Shown here: positions 1 to 12,624 of the stretch, in pieces
How the letters are laid out: each line of letters starts with the position of its first letter
Numbering within the stretch: the stretch's first letter is position 1
DNA from: the human T2T-CHM13v2.0 reference genome, Homo sapiens
Direction: 5' to 3' (one strand)
Assembly (NCBI RefSeq): GCF_009914755.1
Contig: NC_060938.1
DNA length: 64,000 bases
Position numbers and translations under genes: made by a program
The notes under the pieces: generated by a model
The model's database searches: none
What the model saw: the letters and a program-made list of their open reading frames with translations, nothing else
What the model was told of the DNA's origin: nothing

Positions 1-750
1 CCAAAATGAAGGGATCCTCTGCAAGGCAACCTGGGAGGGAGTTTAGGATTGTTCTGAGGCAGTGAAACCCATTGAGATTCACATGTAAGAGGGTAGAGAA
101 AGAGAATCCACATGTTTTGATCCCTCCATGTGCTGGATATAAGTTGGTCTTCATTATATTGCACCACCTTTGGTGTCAGAGAGAACTGGATTTGAATCCC
201 AGTTCCATCACTCATTATGATTTGATGGTGAATGTGTTTTTAACTCGTCTGAGCCTCAGTTTGCTCATCTATAAAAGATGGGATTGTTATGAGACTTGCA
301 TAAGGTAAGTGTTTAAAAATCTGGGAATAATCCCTGTAATTTAAAAGACGGGGTTGTGATAAGGCTTCAATAAGGTAAGTGTGTAAAATCTGGACACAAT
401 GTTACTAATTTAGTAGGTTTTCAATATATAGAGAAGGAGGATTATTTTTCTCTCATTTAATTTTTAGAACGTTTATAAAATTGGTATTATTCATATTTTT
501 GAGATAATCAAAGGATCAGTAAGTTTAAATAAATCACCATAGTCACAAAGCAGTTCACAATATATTGACTGGATAATTGCTAGTGAAAAGTAGCAATGAT
601 GATCACATTGAAAATCTTGTGTTAGGTGGTGGTTTTCTCTTTCATAAGCCTCTTCATTTGTTGAAACCATAGATTCTAAGTTTGCTCTATCAAAGTGATC
701 ATTAGAAAAATATAATGTACTTGGTGTATAAATTTTAGAAAATTTCCTTT
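1..750 (+). repeat. Local duplication copy 1 (paralogous to ~2535-3725), contains a MIR
   Basis: GCAAGGCAACCTGGGAGGGAGTTTAGGATTG at 21 and ~2555; colinear diverged matches continue to CTCTATCAAAGTGATCATTAGAAAAAT (~685 vs ~3658); ORFs 72..308 and 2677..2877 share 'HYDLMVNVFLTRLSLSLLIYKR'. Confidence 0.92.
175..430 (+). mobile_element. MIR SINE fragment (duplicate at ~2710-2960)
   Basis: MIR core GGATTTGAATCCCAGTTCCATCACT...TCTGAGCCTCAGTTTGCTCATCTATAAAA. Confidence 0.8.
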
Positions 751-1059
751 TTAGCCCTGTTAATTTGATTGAATATGTGCATTTTGAATTATGAATATAA
801 ATATGAATATGTATGACATATGAAATATGACTTGACATCACAGAGTAACCTTAGATCGTGGCAACGTTTTTTTCTGACAGCACATGCAGAAATGTATCTT
901 CTTTCTAGTTTCCAAAAAACTCAGAGGCCATGGGGGAAGTGGGGACTTTGGCTGTCAGATAGTGCATGAGGTACATTAGGACATAGTAATTGCATCATAA
1001 TTCATATTAATAATTCACAGTGAGGAAACCTGAAATTTGCTTCCAGCTACCAATAAATG

Positions 1060-1175
1060 AAAGGTGGGGCGGGGTCGCTGGGGGGCGCGGCTTTGTGAGC
1101 CAGTGCCTGGACTCACACGTCACAAATGGAAGGGCAGCGCGTGGAGGGAACTCAAGGCCTGATTGGTTCTTCCTA
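1060..1175. promoter_or_regulatory. Decayed TATA-less promoter-like motif cluster (GC boxes, CRE-like CACGTCA, inverted CCAAT)
   Basis: GGGGCGGGG ~1066-1074, GGGGGCGCGG 1081-1090, CACGTCAC ~1116-1123, CTGATTGGTT ~1159-1168, at the start of a GC-rich island (1060-1950) in AT-rich flanks. Function not shown. Confidence 0.5.
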
Positions 1176-2147
1176 AGCAGGACACGATCAGGTTGGCAGG
1201 GCAACCAGCCTTCAGTGGGTGCCTTAAGTTGGTGGCATTTGGTTGCCTTTCATGGGGAGAGGCGGCAGGTGCTCAGCTCTGCAGACGTAGGGGCAAGAGA
1301 AGGCCCAAGCTGCCTCGAGAAGAGCAGAGGTGCCCCACGGGGACCACGATGACCGGTCGCATGTGCACCAAAGCCAGCCCCCGGCAGGGCCAGTGCAGTG
1401 ATTCTGCGGGGCCGTCCTGTGGCTCTGATATCTATGAGTCGTTGGCCAGCAAAGGCACAGGCACCAGCAGAAAGGAGCAGAGACGCCCAGAACAGCCTGT
1501 CCCCCAATGCCAACCCCAAGCAGGGCCAGCTTAGGGTGGGGTGGGCAGAGCAGCTCTGAGATCCATGAGGAGGAGGTGGGAGTAGCGCCAGGCTCCACTG
1601 CTTTGGAGCTCGCACAATTTGAGCCCAATTTGATTCCAGAGCCATGACTTGCAGCACATTGGTGACCAGAAGACCCCCAAAGGTAGGGAGGCGACAGATA
1701 CCGCTTGGCCTCAGGAGCTCCTCTGGCCGTTGCTGAACCAAGGTTCCCCCAGAGACATCCACAGCCTGGGGCTCCTCCCTTCTTCACCTGGTTCCTTTCC
1801 TAGGCCCAGGCCCCAAGCATGAGGACTGGCTCTGCCTGGCGTCTCCATCCCTTGGTCTTTCTCTGTTGCATCCAGCTGGTTTCTTTTCTCCTCCCTACCC
1901 ATATGCCCAGTTATGGGCCCTCTTCTTCTTCCTAGAGGCTGGCCAAAAACTAAGTTTTCAAAGTACAAAATGGATGCTACAGATTTCGTTGCTTTAGAGG
2001 AAATGTCTGACAGCTCTTGTATTTAAACTTAAGTAGCTACACTGGGAGTCACAGTTTCATATGTTGAGTTCTAGACCAGAGCTATCTACCCTAAAGCAAC
2101 GGCAAGGGGTTAGATGTACTCTTCTTGATTCGAATAATAAAAAATGA

Positions 2148-2275
2148 TTTTTTTTGTAGGGACAAGGTCTCACTGTGTTGCCCAAGCTGGTCCCAAACCC
2201 CTGGCTTCAAGTGATTCACCCACCTTAGCCTCCCACACTGCTGGGATGACAGGCAAAGAGCCACCACACCTGGTC
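2148..2275 (-). mobile_element. Alu monomer (FLAM/AluJ left-arm-like)
   Basis: T-tract then GGTCTCACTGTGTTGCCCAAGCTGGTC...AAGTGATTCACCCACCTTAGCCTCCC...GAGCCACCACACCTGGTC. Confidence 0.85.
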
Positions 2276-2534
2276 ATTGGAGGTGCTCTTGCTTTGTGTG
2301 TTTCGGCTGGTCTTCAGGCGCAGCTGTCAGTAAGATGCTCCTGCAGTATAGTTCTAAGTCTTTCTGCACAGATTCAGTAGGTCCTGTGTTTTTTTTTACA
2401 TGGAATAGCCCCTTTATTTTTTGCAGAGAAGCTAGATAATTCACAGTAACCTATGGCCTAGAAAATTTTAATTCTTGATCAACACAACTCTTTATAGATG
2501 CTTGTGGTCCAAAAATGCAGATTCCTAATCATCC

Positions 2535-3725
2535 CCACGAATAAGGGGGCCATTGCAAGGCAACCTGGGAGGGAGTTTAGGATTGCTCTGAGGCAGTGAA
2601 AGCTATTGAAATTCCCACATGAGGGGGCAGAAAAGGGAATCCACATATTTTAATCCCTCCATGTTCTGGGTGTAACTTGGTCCTCGTTAAATTGCACCAT
2701 TTTTGGCATCAGAGAGAACCGGATTTGAATCCCAGTTCCATCCCTCATTATGATTTGATGGTGAATGTGTTTTTAACTCGTCTGAGCCTCAGTTTGCTGA
2801 TCTATAAAAGATATAATTGTTACGAGGCTTCCATAACGTACATGTGTAAAAACCATGGCAAAATGCTTGTAATTTAAAAGAGAGGGTTGTTAGGAGACTT
2901 CTATCAGGCAAGTATATAAAAACCTGGAGACAGTGCCTATAATTTTGTAAGTGTTCAATATATGGAGTAGGAGGATTATTTTTCTTTCATTTAATTTTTA
3001 GAGCAACTTTATGAAATTGGTGATACTCATATATTTGAGATAATCAAACCAAGGATCAGAAAGACTAAACAAATCACCATAGTCACAAAGCAGTTCACAA
3101 TACATTTACTGGATAATTTCTAGTTAAAAGTAGCAATGATGATCACATTGAAAATTTTGTATTATCTGGTGGTTCTCTCTTACATAAGCTTCTTGGAATT
3201 TAGTAAGATAAGTTGCAGCTCAAAAAGCAGATCTGTAGAATATTTTATTCCAGAGATTGTAGTGGGGGCCAAAGTATTGCATGTGTTTTGTTGGGAACAA
3301 GGTGTAGGCTGAGAATCTAAGCAAACTTCAGTTGGTGGTTTTCAGTTGGTGGGCAGTGGCAGAAGGAGGAGGAGCTCCATCTGTGCTCTCTCTTCCCCCA
3401 GTCACAGCCCTCAGGCTTGTTGCATCCAGGCCCTTCTAAGTTAAACCAGACAGGTTGACAGGTTTATTTATCATTTAGCAGACAAGTCAGCTCAGGGTAG
3501 GCGGGTGAGGTGGGGTGTGGGCTGCTAGTACAGTGCTGCCCTTTGACCCAGGGCTGCCCGTGCCCATGGGGCTATTCCATATATTATATATATATATAAT
3601 ATTTTATATATATGTATATAAGCCTGTTGGTTTGTTAAAACCATGGATTCTAAGTTGCTCTATCAAAGTGATCATTAGAAAAATGTGATGTACTTAGTGT
3701 GTAAATTTTAGAACATTTCTTCTGT
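2535..3725 (+). repeat. Local duplication copy 2, carrying an extra ~434 bp segment (3197-3630)
   Basis: Colinear with 1-750 apart from the extra segment. Confidence 0.9.
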
Positions 3726-3849
3726 TAGTCTTGTTAATACTCAATTCTTTTCTAAAACACCTGGCCCAAATCTCCATAGGTTTTAATCGAATTATATTAT
3801 AATTTGGATTTTCTGGTCTGCCTATCTTCCAAATAATAAAGTTCTTAAT

Positions 3850-4330
3850 ATTAATTTTGTATTGCTGCCATAACAAATTACCACAACTTTGTGGCTTAAA
3901 TCAAAGACTTACGACCCTATAGTTCTGTAGGGCAAACCTCTGACTATGGTCTTACTGGGCTTAAGTCAAGGTGATGTCAGGGCTGTATTGCTTTCTGGAG
4001 GCTCTAGAGAGAATCCATTTCCTTTTCCAACTTTTAGATGCTGTCCCTATTCCTTGGATCACGGGACCATTCCTCCATCTTCAAAGCCAGTAACGTGGGA
4101 TGTCTGTGGCCATTGTTCTGTAGCCATATCACCTTCTGACTGTAGCTAGGAAAGATTCTCTGATTTTATAGACACATGCAATTAGATTGGCCCCCAAGAT
4201 AATCAAGGATAATCCCCCTAACTCAAGAGTTAATCACATCTCCAATGTCCCTTTTGCCCCATGTAAAGTAATATGGTCACAGATTCCAGGGACTAGAACA
4301 TCTTTATGGGGTCATTATTTTGACTGTCAC
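3850..4330 (-). mobile_element. MaLR LTR (MLT1-type)
   Basis: ATTGCTGCCATAACAAATTACCACAAC...TTTCTGGAGGCTCTAGAGAGAATCCATT...GATAATCAAGGATAATCCCC...GTCACAGATTCCAGGGACTAG. Confidence 0.8.
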
Positions 4331-4652
4331 AAAGGCAAAGTCTTGGACTTATGCATATCTAGATTTTCTTTGCTTAATTTCTGAGCCTAGAATGCATTAG
4401 ACTCTAAATAAATGTGAATGAGTGATAAATATTATATTTACAGATTGCTGCCACATTGCAATTCTGTCCTCCCACTGGTGGTGAAATCCTATGTACTTTT
4501 TACCATCTCCATTTTGCATTCAGACTGAACATGGCTGTGTTACTCCTTTCACCTGGGTGATTTCAAACCATCTCTCTATTTCTATTTGTAGAGATCTTAT
4601 CTATCAAGCCCTTCTCAAATGCCACTTCAAAAAACTTTTTCTAACCCCCAGT

Positions 4653-5039
4653 TGTCTTAGTCAATTTATGCTCTTATAACAAAATAACACAGACTAGGCA
4701 ATTTATGAAAACCAGACGTTTATCTGTCATAGTTCTGGAGACTAGGAAGTCCAAGATCAAGGCATTGGCAGGTCTGATGTCTGGTAAGGGCTGTTCTCTC
4801 CGTTCAAGATGGTGTTTTGATGCTGCATCTTCCAGAGACAGGGAACACTGTGTCCTCATATGGTGGAAGGCGGGAGGGCAAGAGGGATGAACTCCCTCCA
4901 TGGAGCCCTTTCATGAGGGCTCCTAAACCCGTTCCTGAGGTAGGAGTCCTGATGGCCTAATCACTTCCTGTAGGCTCCACCTCAACACTATCACATTGTC
5001 AACGCTGAATCTCGGAGGAGGCACAGTGAAACCACAGCA
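4653..5039 (-). mobile_element. MaLR LTR (MST/MLT1A-type)
   Basis: TGTCTTAGTC...AGTTCTGGAGACTAGGAAGTCCAAGATCAAGG...AAACCACAGCA. Confidence 0.82.
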
Positions 5040-5199
5040 CCAATCAAGTATGATCTTTCTCTCCTCAGAAACCCCCTCATATGTTTAGACCTCCCATGCA
5101 CTTTTACACATTTTGTCTCATGGTTTCTTCCTGTACAAATAAGGTGCTATAAATGGATAGCTATAGTTTTGGGTTTCATTTCAACAAAACACCCTTCCT

Positions 5200-5690
5200 A
5201 GTTTTTTGAACCCCAAGCGAAATATGAGGACAGGCCCCACCTTCCATTACAAAAGCTGAAAGGGAGTGCATGATCCTTTTTCCAGTTTCTTGGCCACTCA
5301 CATGTGGGCACATATCTAGGCCCAGCCAACTGATGTCTCTTTATTAGAACTTGGAACCCGATGAAATGATGCAAAAGACCTGAAATAATCAGAGATGATT
5401 CTGAGAAATTGAGCAGAGATGAGAGGCAGGTCCAGGAATGTAGTAGCAAGTGCCTAGGTTCAGCAGAGCCCAGCTACATGGTGACAAGTGTCAAATGGCA
5501 ACATCCTAGTGGTGGCATCCCAAGATCTGCTTCCGTCAAATGAACTTGGCTGTGCTGAGTTTCCCTCAGTTCTTACCTTGCTTCTCCAGCATCTTCAGTG
5601 ATTTTGTGAACTATTCAATATCCTTTCATCGAATTCCTATTTTGCTTAAGTTGTCTAGAATTTGTTATTTTCAGTGAAAAATATAAACCA
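5200..5690 (+). mobile_element. Old ERVL-type LTR fragment (LTR16/LTR33-like)
   Basis: 3' motif ...GAATTCCTATTTTGCTTAAGTTGTCTAGAATTTG resembles LTR16/33 ends; degenerate. Confidence 0.45.
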
Positions 5691-6504
5691 ATTATCCTCT
5701 CACATTAAAACACACTCCACTTAGGCATCTCCTGTGATCTCACTGGAGAAAAGTGTGGACGTTATTTGTAATTTGACTCAGAATGATAGGATTAGTTTGG
5801 TACTAGTAACAATGGAGATAAGTAACTAACTTTTTGTGAAACTTCTTCCTGGGGTGAAACAAAATCTATTGTGGAAACTCTTTCCAATCATCTCTGGAAA
5901 TTTATTAAGTGACCTAGTATGTAATGATAATTTACCATGATACTTGATAAAATAGTTTTGTGTGTTCAGAATAATTTCTTTTTTCTTTACCTTTGAAAAT
6001 AATGCATCGATAGTTAATTTTCTCCTAAACTGTCTGTTTTTATTTCCATAAAAGGTATTTATTGAATGTCTCCTTACTTTTAATATAACTAGGCATTGTG
6101 TGATCAAAGCAAAATAAATATATTCTTGTTTCTGGAATTACTAAAGCTTTGAAAATGGACTTATCGACCTCAAACCAATGGGACATATTCCCATGTGGCC
6201 TGCTCCCCTGTTAGGTTTCCCAGGGTAAGTGGTGATTCCTTTTCTGTCTTTTTAAAGATTTTAGAAATGCAGCTTCTGCTGTGGGCCACTAGGCGGAGTA
6301 CTTCAGAGCAGGGTTTGTGGGAGTACAAAGCTAACTTCTGCTGCTTTTGCTTGATGCTTCTGCAGCTTCCTTGACTACTGTGGATGATAAGTAGTTATTT
6401 TCTTCCTCTTCTTTCTTTTTTCCCCACACTCTTTGGAGTGAACTTGAAACATTTAGGAAGTTTGTTGATCAACACATACCGTGTTTATGAAAATCCGGCT
6501 AAGA

Positions 6505-6920
6505 TAATATGGTAGGACTCCTTTGGTTATAAATAATAGAATTCAAACTCAAACTGGTCTAAGCCAAAAAATATATATTAATTTGTGGACTCGTATAATG
6601 GAAAAATCCAGGGTGTAGCTTCAGAATGGCTGAACGTAGGGACTCAGGACTTGGCTCCTCTCAGCTTCCTTGCTTTTTCTTCCCCATTGATTTTATTCTC
6701 AGACAAGTTTTCCCTTTGTGCTGCAATGTGGCCATCATCACTCCTCCAGTTTACATTTCCTTAGTTCCACAGCCCCAGAATAAAGCAAAAACAGAAACAC
6801 TTCTAATAGTTTCAATAAGAGACTAGAGATTGACTTTGGGTGTGAGGCTTGGATTTCATGTCCATTTCTAGTTTCATCTGTGCCAGGATTAGAAGTATAT
6901 TCATTGGCCAGGCCTGTGTC
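6505..6920 (-). mobile_element. Old MaLR LTR fragment (MLT1J/K-like)
   Basis: GGTTATAAATAATAGAATTCAAACTCAAACTGGTCTAAGC...AAAATCCAGGGTGTAGCTTCAG...CTCAGCTTCCT. Confidence 0.5.
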
Positions 6921-9900
6921 ACGAGCACATACAGGGTTTCCACTGTCCACACAGTGCCTTTACAAGTATTAGAAAATGGCTCCCCTTTCCCCAGTTAGAT
7001 GTAGCCCTGTATCAGGGCATGTGGCTTGGAGAAGAGCATGCAGGCTGGATTTCAACCCCCCTTTCTCCCTTAGCTGGGTTTCTTCCTTGAGTGAACAACA
7101 TACTTGTTAGTAGCTGTCCTGTGCTTATTCCTGAAACTGGGGGTGAAATCAGCCACCACGCCAAAACTGAAGGATAGAAGGTGGCTTCATCTAGGGTATC
7201 AGATAATGGCTAATAATAAAGGGAGGGGACAGTGGGTGCTGTGTGGGCAAAAGGAGCAAAAAATAATCCTAACCTGTCTAGACTTCATCTCGGAAGCCAT
7301 ATACAACCTTCTTCAATGGAAATATTTAACACTTCAGGAGTGCCAAGAAGGCTATAAGGAGCATATCTCTTAAGGAACTAAGTTAGGGCATTCTAGAATG
7401 TATGCTTTACGGATTTACCTTATAAATATATAACTGACTAATACACATAGAAAATATATTGCAGAGTAACATAGATGACAGAACTTGAAATACATGACAT
7501 TCTACCGCAGTCTATCATTATTTTCTAACTTATCAAAAGACTCAGAGGATCTTATTTTTCGTATTGATAAATTTCTAACCAGAGCCCTATTTACTTGTGT
7601 CTTGAAAAACAGAGTATTTGCAAATATGTCTGAAGAGGGAAGAGAAAGAAAATGATTCCAAAAAAGCTGATAACATTAAGACATCTGTTTATAGAAGATG
7701 TAAATTTGCAACCACAAATTAAAAGCTTATAGGAGCTACACAGAATGTGAAGAAAAATAAATGAAACCAAACCACTACAAGAAATAACCAAACTAAGAAG
7801 ACAGCAAGAGAGGAAAAATAAAGAACTGCAAAACATATGAAAAACAATTAACCAAACGCAAGTTACTCCTTACCCATCAACAATGACTTTAAATGTGAAA
7901 GGATTAAACTATCTAATTAAAAGACATAGAGTGGCACAATGCATAAAAGATACTCATCAGTACATATTTATAAGGGAGTCACTTTAGATATAAAGATACA
8001 TAGAGGCTCAAAGTGAAGGGATGGGAAAAGATACTCTATGCAAATGGTAAACAAAAAAGAGCAAGGGTATCTATATTTAGATCAGAAAAAATAGACTTGA
8101 AATCAAAAACTGTCACTAGAGACTAGGAAGGCCATTATATAATGATAAAAGTTCACTTCAATGGGAAGATTGAAAATATATATCCACCCAACATTAGAAC
8201 ACCTAAATATATAAAGTTAATATCAACAAAGCTAAGGGGAGAAATCAGTAACACTAAAATAATAGTAGCCAACTTCAGTACCCCAAATTCAATAATGGAT
8301 AGAACATCTAGGCAGGAATAAAAAAAGAGGAAACAGCTGACTTGAACAACACAGTAGATTAAACACTGACAGATACACAACTTTCCATCCAACAGCAGCA
8401 GAATATACATTCTTCTCAAGTGCACACAGAATCTTCTCTGAGATAGATCAAATCTTAGGTCACAAAGCATACTACAAATTTAAGAAGTTTGATATAACGC
8501 CAAGTATCTTCTCATTCCACAATGGAATAAAATTAGAAGTCAATAACAAAGAAAACAGAAACATTTACAAAAATGCAGAAACTAAACAACACATGCTTGA
8601 ACAACCGTTGGGTAAAAGAAGAAATCAAAAGGGAATTTTAAAAATATCTTGAGACAAATAAAAATGAACATACAACTCAACAAAATTTACAGGATGCAGC
8701 AAAAGAAGTGCTAAGTGGGAAATGTTACAGTGATAAATACCTACATTAAAAAATAAGAAAGATCTAACTCGAACAACCTAACTTTAAAAATAAAAAAATT
8801 AGAAAAAGAGAAACTAACTAAACCCAAAGTTAGCATAATGAAGTAAATAATAAAGATTAGAATATAAATAAAATAACTATAAAATAGAAAACAATAGAAA
8901 AATCAACAAAGCTAGAGTTGAATTTTTGGAAATACAAACAAAAATAACAAACCCTTAGCTACACTAAGAAAAAAAGAGAAACTCAAGTAAATATAATCAG
9001 AAATGAAAATGGAGACATTATAGGAAATGTACAGGAATACAAATGATTATAAAGGAGTATTAAGCGATTATATGCCAATAAATTGGATAACCTAGAAGAA
9101 ATGGATAAATTCTTAGAAAGATGCAATCTACCAAAATGGAACAAAAAAGAAATAGAACAGTCCAAAAGCAAGCAAAGAGATCTAATCAGTAATCAAAAAT
9201 TTCCCAACAAAGAAAAGCCCAGGTGCAGATGCTTTCATGGGCAACTTCTACCAAACATTCAAAGAAGAACTAACACCAAAACTTCTTAAACTCTTCAGAA
9301 AAAATAGAAGAGAGAATACTCTCAAACTCATTTCATGAGGCCGATGTTACCATGACTTAAAAGCTAGACGAAGACAACACAAGAAAAATAATTACAGACC
9401 AGTATCCTTAAAGAATATAGATGCAAAAATTCTCAATAAAATACTAACTAGCAATCTGAATTCAAAAGCACATTGAAAAGGTCATACACCATGACCAATT
9501 GTAATTTATCTATCTGATACAAGGATGTTTCAATGTGTAAAAGTTAATAATGGGATATACCACATTAACAGAATGAAAGATAAAAATAATATTCCAATGG
9601 ATGCAGAAAACACATTTGACAAAATTCAATATACTTTCATGATAAAACTCTCAACAAAGTAAGTATACAAGAAACTTACCTCAACACTATAAAGTCTGTA
9701 TATGAAAAACCTATATCTAATATTATAATCACTGGGGAAAAACTGAAAGCTTTTTCTTAATATCTGGAACAAGACAAGGATGTCTACTCTCATCACTCCT
9801 ATTCAACATAGTACTGGAAATCCTAGCCAGAGCAATCAGGCAAGAGAAATAAAAGGCATCAAAATTGAAAGGAAGGATATAGTTACCTCTGTTAACAGAT

Positions 9901-9960
9901 AACATGATTATTGTACATTGAAAACTCTAAAGACTCCACAGAAAATGTTTAGAAATAATA

Positions 9961-10184
9961 CAGTCAGTCTTTCATATCTGCTGGGGATTTGTTTCAGGAC
10001 CCCCTCAGATAACAAAATCTGTGATGATCAACTCCCTCAAATAAAATCGTGTACAGTTGGCCCTATGTATCCATGGGTTCACATCTGTGGATTCAAACCA
10101 CCACAGATGGAAAATGTGTACAAGTTATGTTCATAGTTGATTAAGTTCATGGTTGCAGAACCCATGGATATGAAGGACTGACTA
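9961..10184. mobile_element. MER2/MER2B-like Tc1-mariner (Tigger) non-autonomous element nested in the L1M
   Basis: TIRs CAGTCAGTCTTTCATATC / GATATGAAGGACTGACTA, TA on both sides; L1 sequence is continuous across it. Confidence 0.85.
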
Positions 10185-11479
10185 TATAATAAATTTACTA
10201 AAGTTGTAGGATACACAATCGACATTCAAAAATCATTGCTATTTCTAAACACTAACAATGAATTGTCTGAAAGGGAAATTTAAAAAACAGTATCAAATAA
10301 ACTACGTTGGAACTAACTAACCAAAGAAGTGAAAGACTTAAACACTACAAATTATAAAAGATTGATGACAGAAATTTAAACCAAAGTAAAGTGAAAGACA
10401 ACCCATGGATTGAAAGGGTTAGTACTGTATTATTAAAGTGTCCATATTACTCAAAGCAATCTACACATTTAATGTAATCCATATCAAAATTCCAATGGTA
10501 TCTCTCACAGAAATAGAAAAAAAACCCTAAAATTCATATAGAATCACAAAAATCCCTGAGTGGCAGAAGCAATTTTGAGCAAGAACAAAGCTACAGGTAT
10601 CACACTTCCTGACTTCAAATTAAATTACAAAGCTGTAGAAAGAAAAAACACTGTGGTACTGGCATAAAAACAGACACATAAACCAGTGAAACAAAATAGA
10701 GAACCTAGGCATAACCCACACATTTGCAGTAATTGATCACCCTGGAAGGTGACAAGGAGACACTATAGGGAGAGGATATGTTGTTGACCAAATGGTGTTA
10801 GGAAAGCTGGATGTCTACATGTAAAAGAATGAAATCGGATCCCTAGCTCACGCCTTATGTAAAAATTAACTCAAAATGGATTAAACGTTTAAATGTAATC
10901 ACTGAAACCATAAAACTCCTAGAAGAAGACAAGAGAAAACATTCTTGACATTGGTCTTGGCAATAATTTGTTTAGATATGATGCCAAAAGCACAGGCAAC
11001 AAAGGCAAAATAGATAAATGAATTACATCAAACTAAAAAGCTTCTGCACAGTAAAGAAAACAACTAATGAAATGATAACACAACCTATGAAATGGGGAAA
11101 ATGTTTTAAACCATATCTCTTATAAGGAGTTCAAAAAATAAGAAGGACACATACACATCAATTCCAAAATTATGAATAACCTAATTTTATTTTAAGGCAA
11201 AGAACCTATATAAATACATCTCAAAAGAAGAAATTCAAATGGCTAACAGGTATATGAAAATGTGCTCAACATCTCTAAACTTCAGAGTAATGCAAATCAA
11301 AACCACAATGAGATATAATGTCACACCTGTTAAAATGGCTATTATCAAAAAGAGAAAAGATAAGTGTTGGTAAGAATGTGGAGAAAAGAAAACCATTATA
11401 CACTATTGACGGGAATGCAAATTAGTAAAACACAGAAAACAGTATTGAGGTTCCTCCAAAGAAAATTGAAAATAGCACT

Positions 11480-11767
11480 GGCCTGGTGTGGTGTCTCACA
11501 CCTGTAATCCCAGGATTTGGGGAAGTCAAGGCAGGAGGCCAGGAGCTCCAGACCAGCCTGGGTAACATAGCAAGACCCCATCTCTGAAAAAAATTTAAAA
11601 TTAACCAGACATGGTGTTGTACACCTGTAGTCCCAGCTACTCAGGAGGCTGAGGTAGGAGGATCGCTTGATCCCAGGAGTTCAAGGCTGCAGTGAGCTAT
11701 GATCTTGCCACTGGACTTTACCTTGGATGACAGAGTGAGACCCGGTTTCAAAAATAAAAAAAAAAAA
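11480..11767 (+). mobile_element. AluJ nested in the L1M
   Basis: GGCCTGGTGTGG...GGAGTTCAAGGCTGCAGTGAGCTATGATC (J-diagnostic), A-tail, TSD-like AAAATAGCACT / AAAAAGAACT. Confidence 0.92.
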
Positions 11768-12624
11768 GAACTACCACATAATCCAACAATTTCACTTCTG
11801 GATATATGTCCAGTGAAATTGACATAAGAGTCTTAGAGAGGTGTCTGTCATCCCCTGTTCATTGCAGCATGACACACAATGACCAAAATATGAAAATAAC
11901 CTAAGTGTCCTTTGGCAGAGGAACAGATGAATGGGTAAAGAAAATGTGATGTGTATACATAAAATGAAATATTATACAACCTTGAAAAAGAAGGAAATCC
12001 TTCTATTTGTGCAAACATGGATGGAGCTGGAAGATATTGCGCCAAGCAAAAATGCAAGACACAGAGACAAATACTTCATGATCTCACTTACATGAGGAAT
12101 CTACAACAGTCAAATTCATAAAAACAGAGAATAGGACAGTGGTTGCCAGGGGCTCAGGGAGGGGAAATGGGGTGATGTTAATTAAACTGTGCAATGTTCA
12201 AGTTATAATAATTTCTGGAGATATAATGTACAACACGGAACAACACTGTATCATATTCTTGTGTTCTGCTAAAGGACTAGATCATAAATTAATTACTGTC
12301 AACACACACACAATGGTAAATATGTAGAGATAATATGCTAATTTGCTTGATTGTGGTGATCATTTCGAAAAGTATAGAAATATCAAAACATTAAGTTACC
12401 TTAAATTTATACAATTTGTATATGTCATGTTATCATCATAAAGCTGTTAAGAAAGATTTAGTGAATCATGTCAACTACCTGGGAACTTTCTCATGACAGG
12501 GAGGGCTGGAGTAGGAAAATGGAATTTTGCAACAAGGATAGGGTGAGGGACATGGGAAATGATTGATCAAGTATTTAAGAAATGACCTGGGTGGAAGCTA
12601 CATCAAAGGGTATGAGCTTTAGCG

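Larger units (their letters stand above)
7600..12452 (+). mobile_element. Old LINE-1 (L1MA8/9-like), ORF2 plus 3'UTR, decayed, with nested MER2-type and AluJ insertions
   Basis: ORF2 start-like ACTTTAAATGTGAAAGGATTAAAC ~7890; ORF 9083..9289 '[11 protein letters not shown]'; RT-region GGAACAAGACAAGGATGT; L1MA-type 3'UTR ending AAAGCTG ~12447. Confidence 0.9.

Noticed and set aside
1349-1534. MTGR... start reminiscent of PIWI-family N-termini
   Set aside because: Only the first four residues match; no RA/RG repeats or downstream PIWI exons seen.
1224-1787. Long reverse-strand ORFs (187 and 170 aa)
   Set aside because: Expected in GC-rich, stop-poor DNA; overlapping ORFs in several frames and no recognisable domain.
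2401-3579. 12-bp inverted match TGGAATAGCCCC (2401) / GGGGCTATTCCA (~3568-3579) as possible TIRs
   Set aside because: No TSD, and the enclosed region is the direct-duplicated segment; probably chance.
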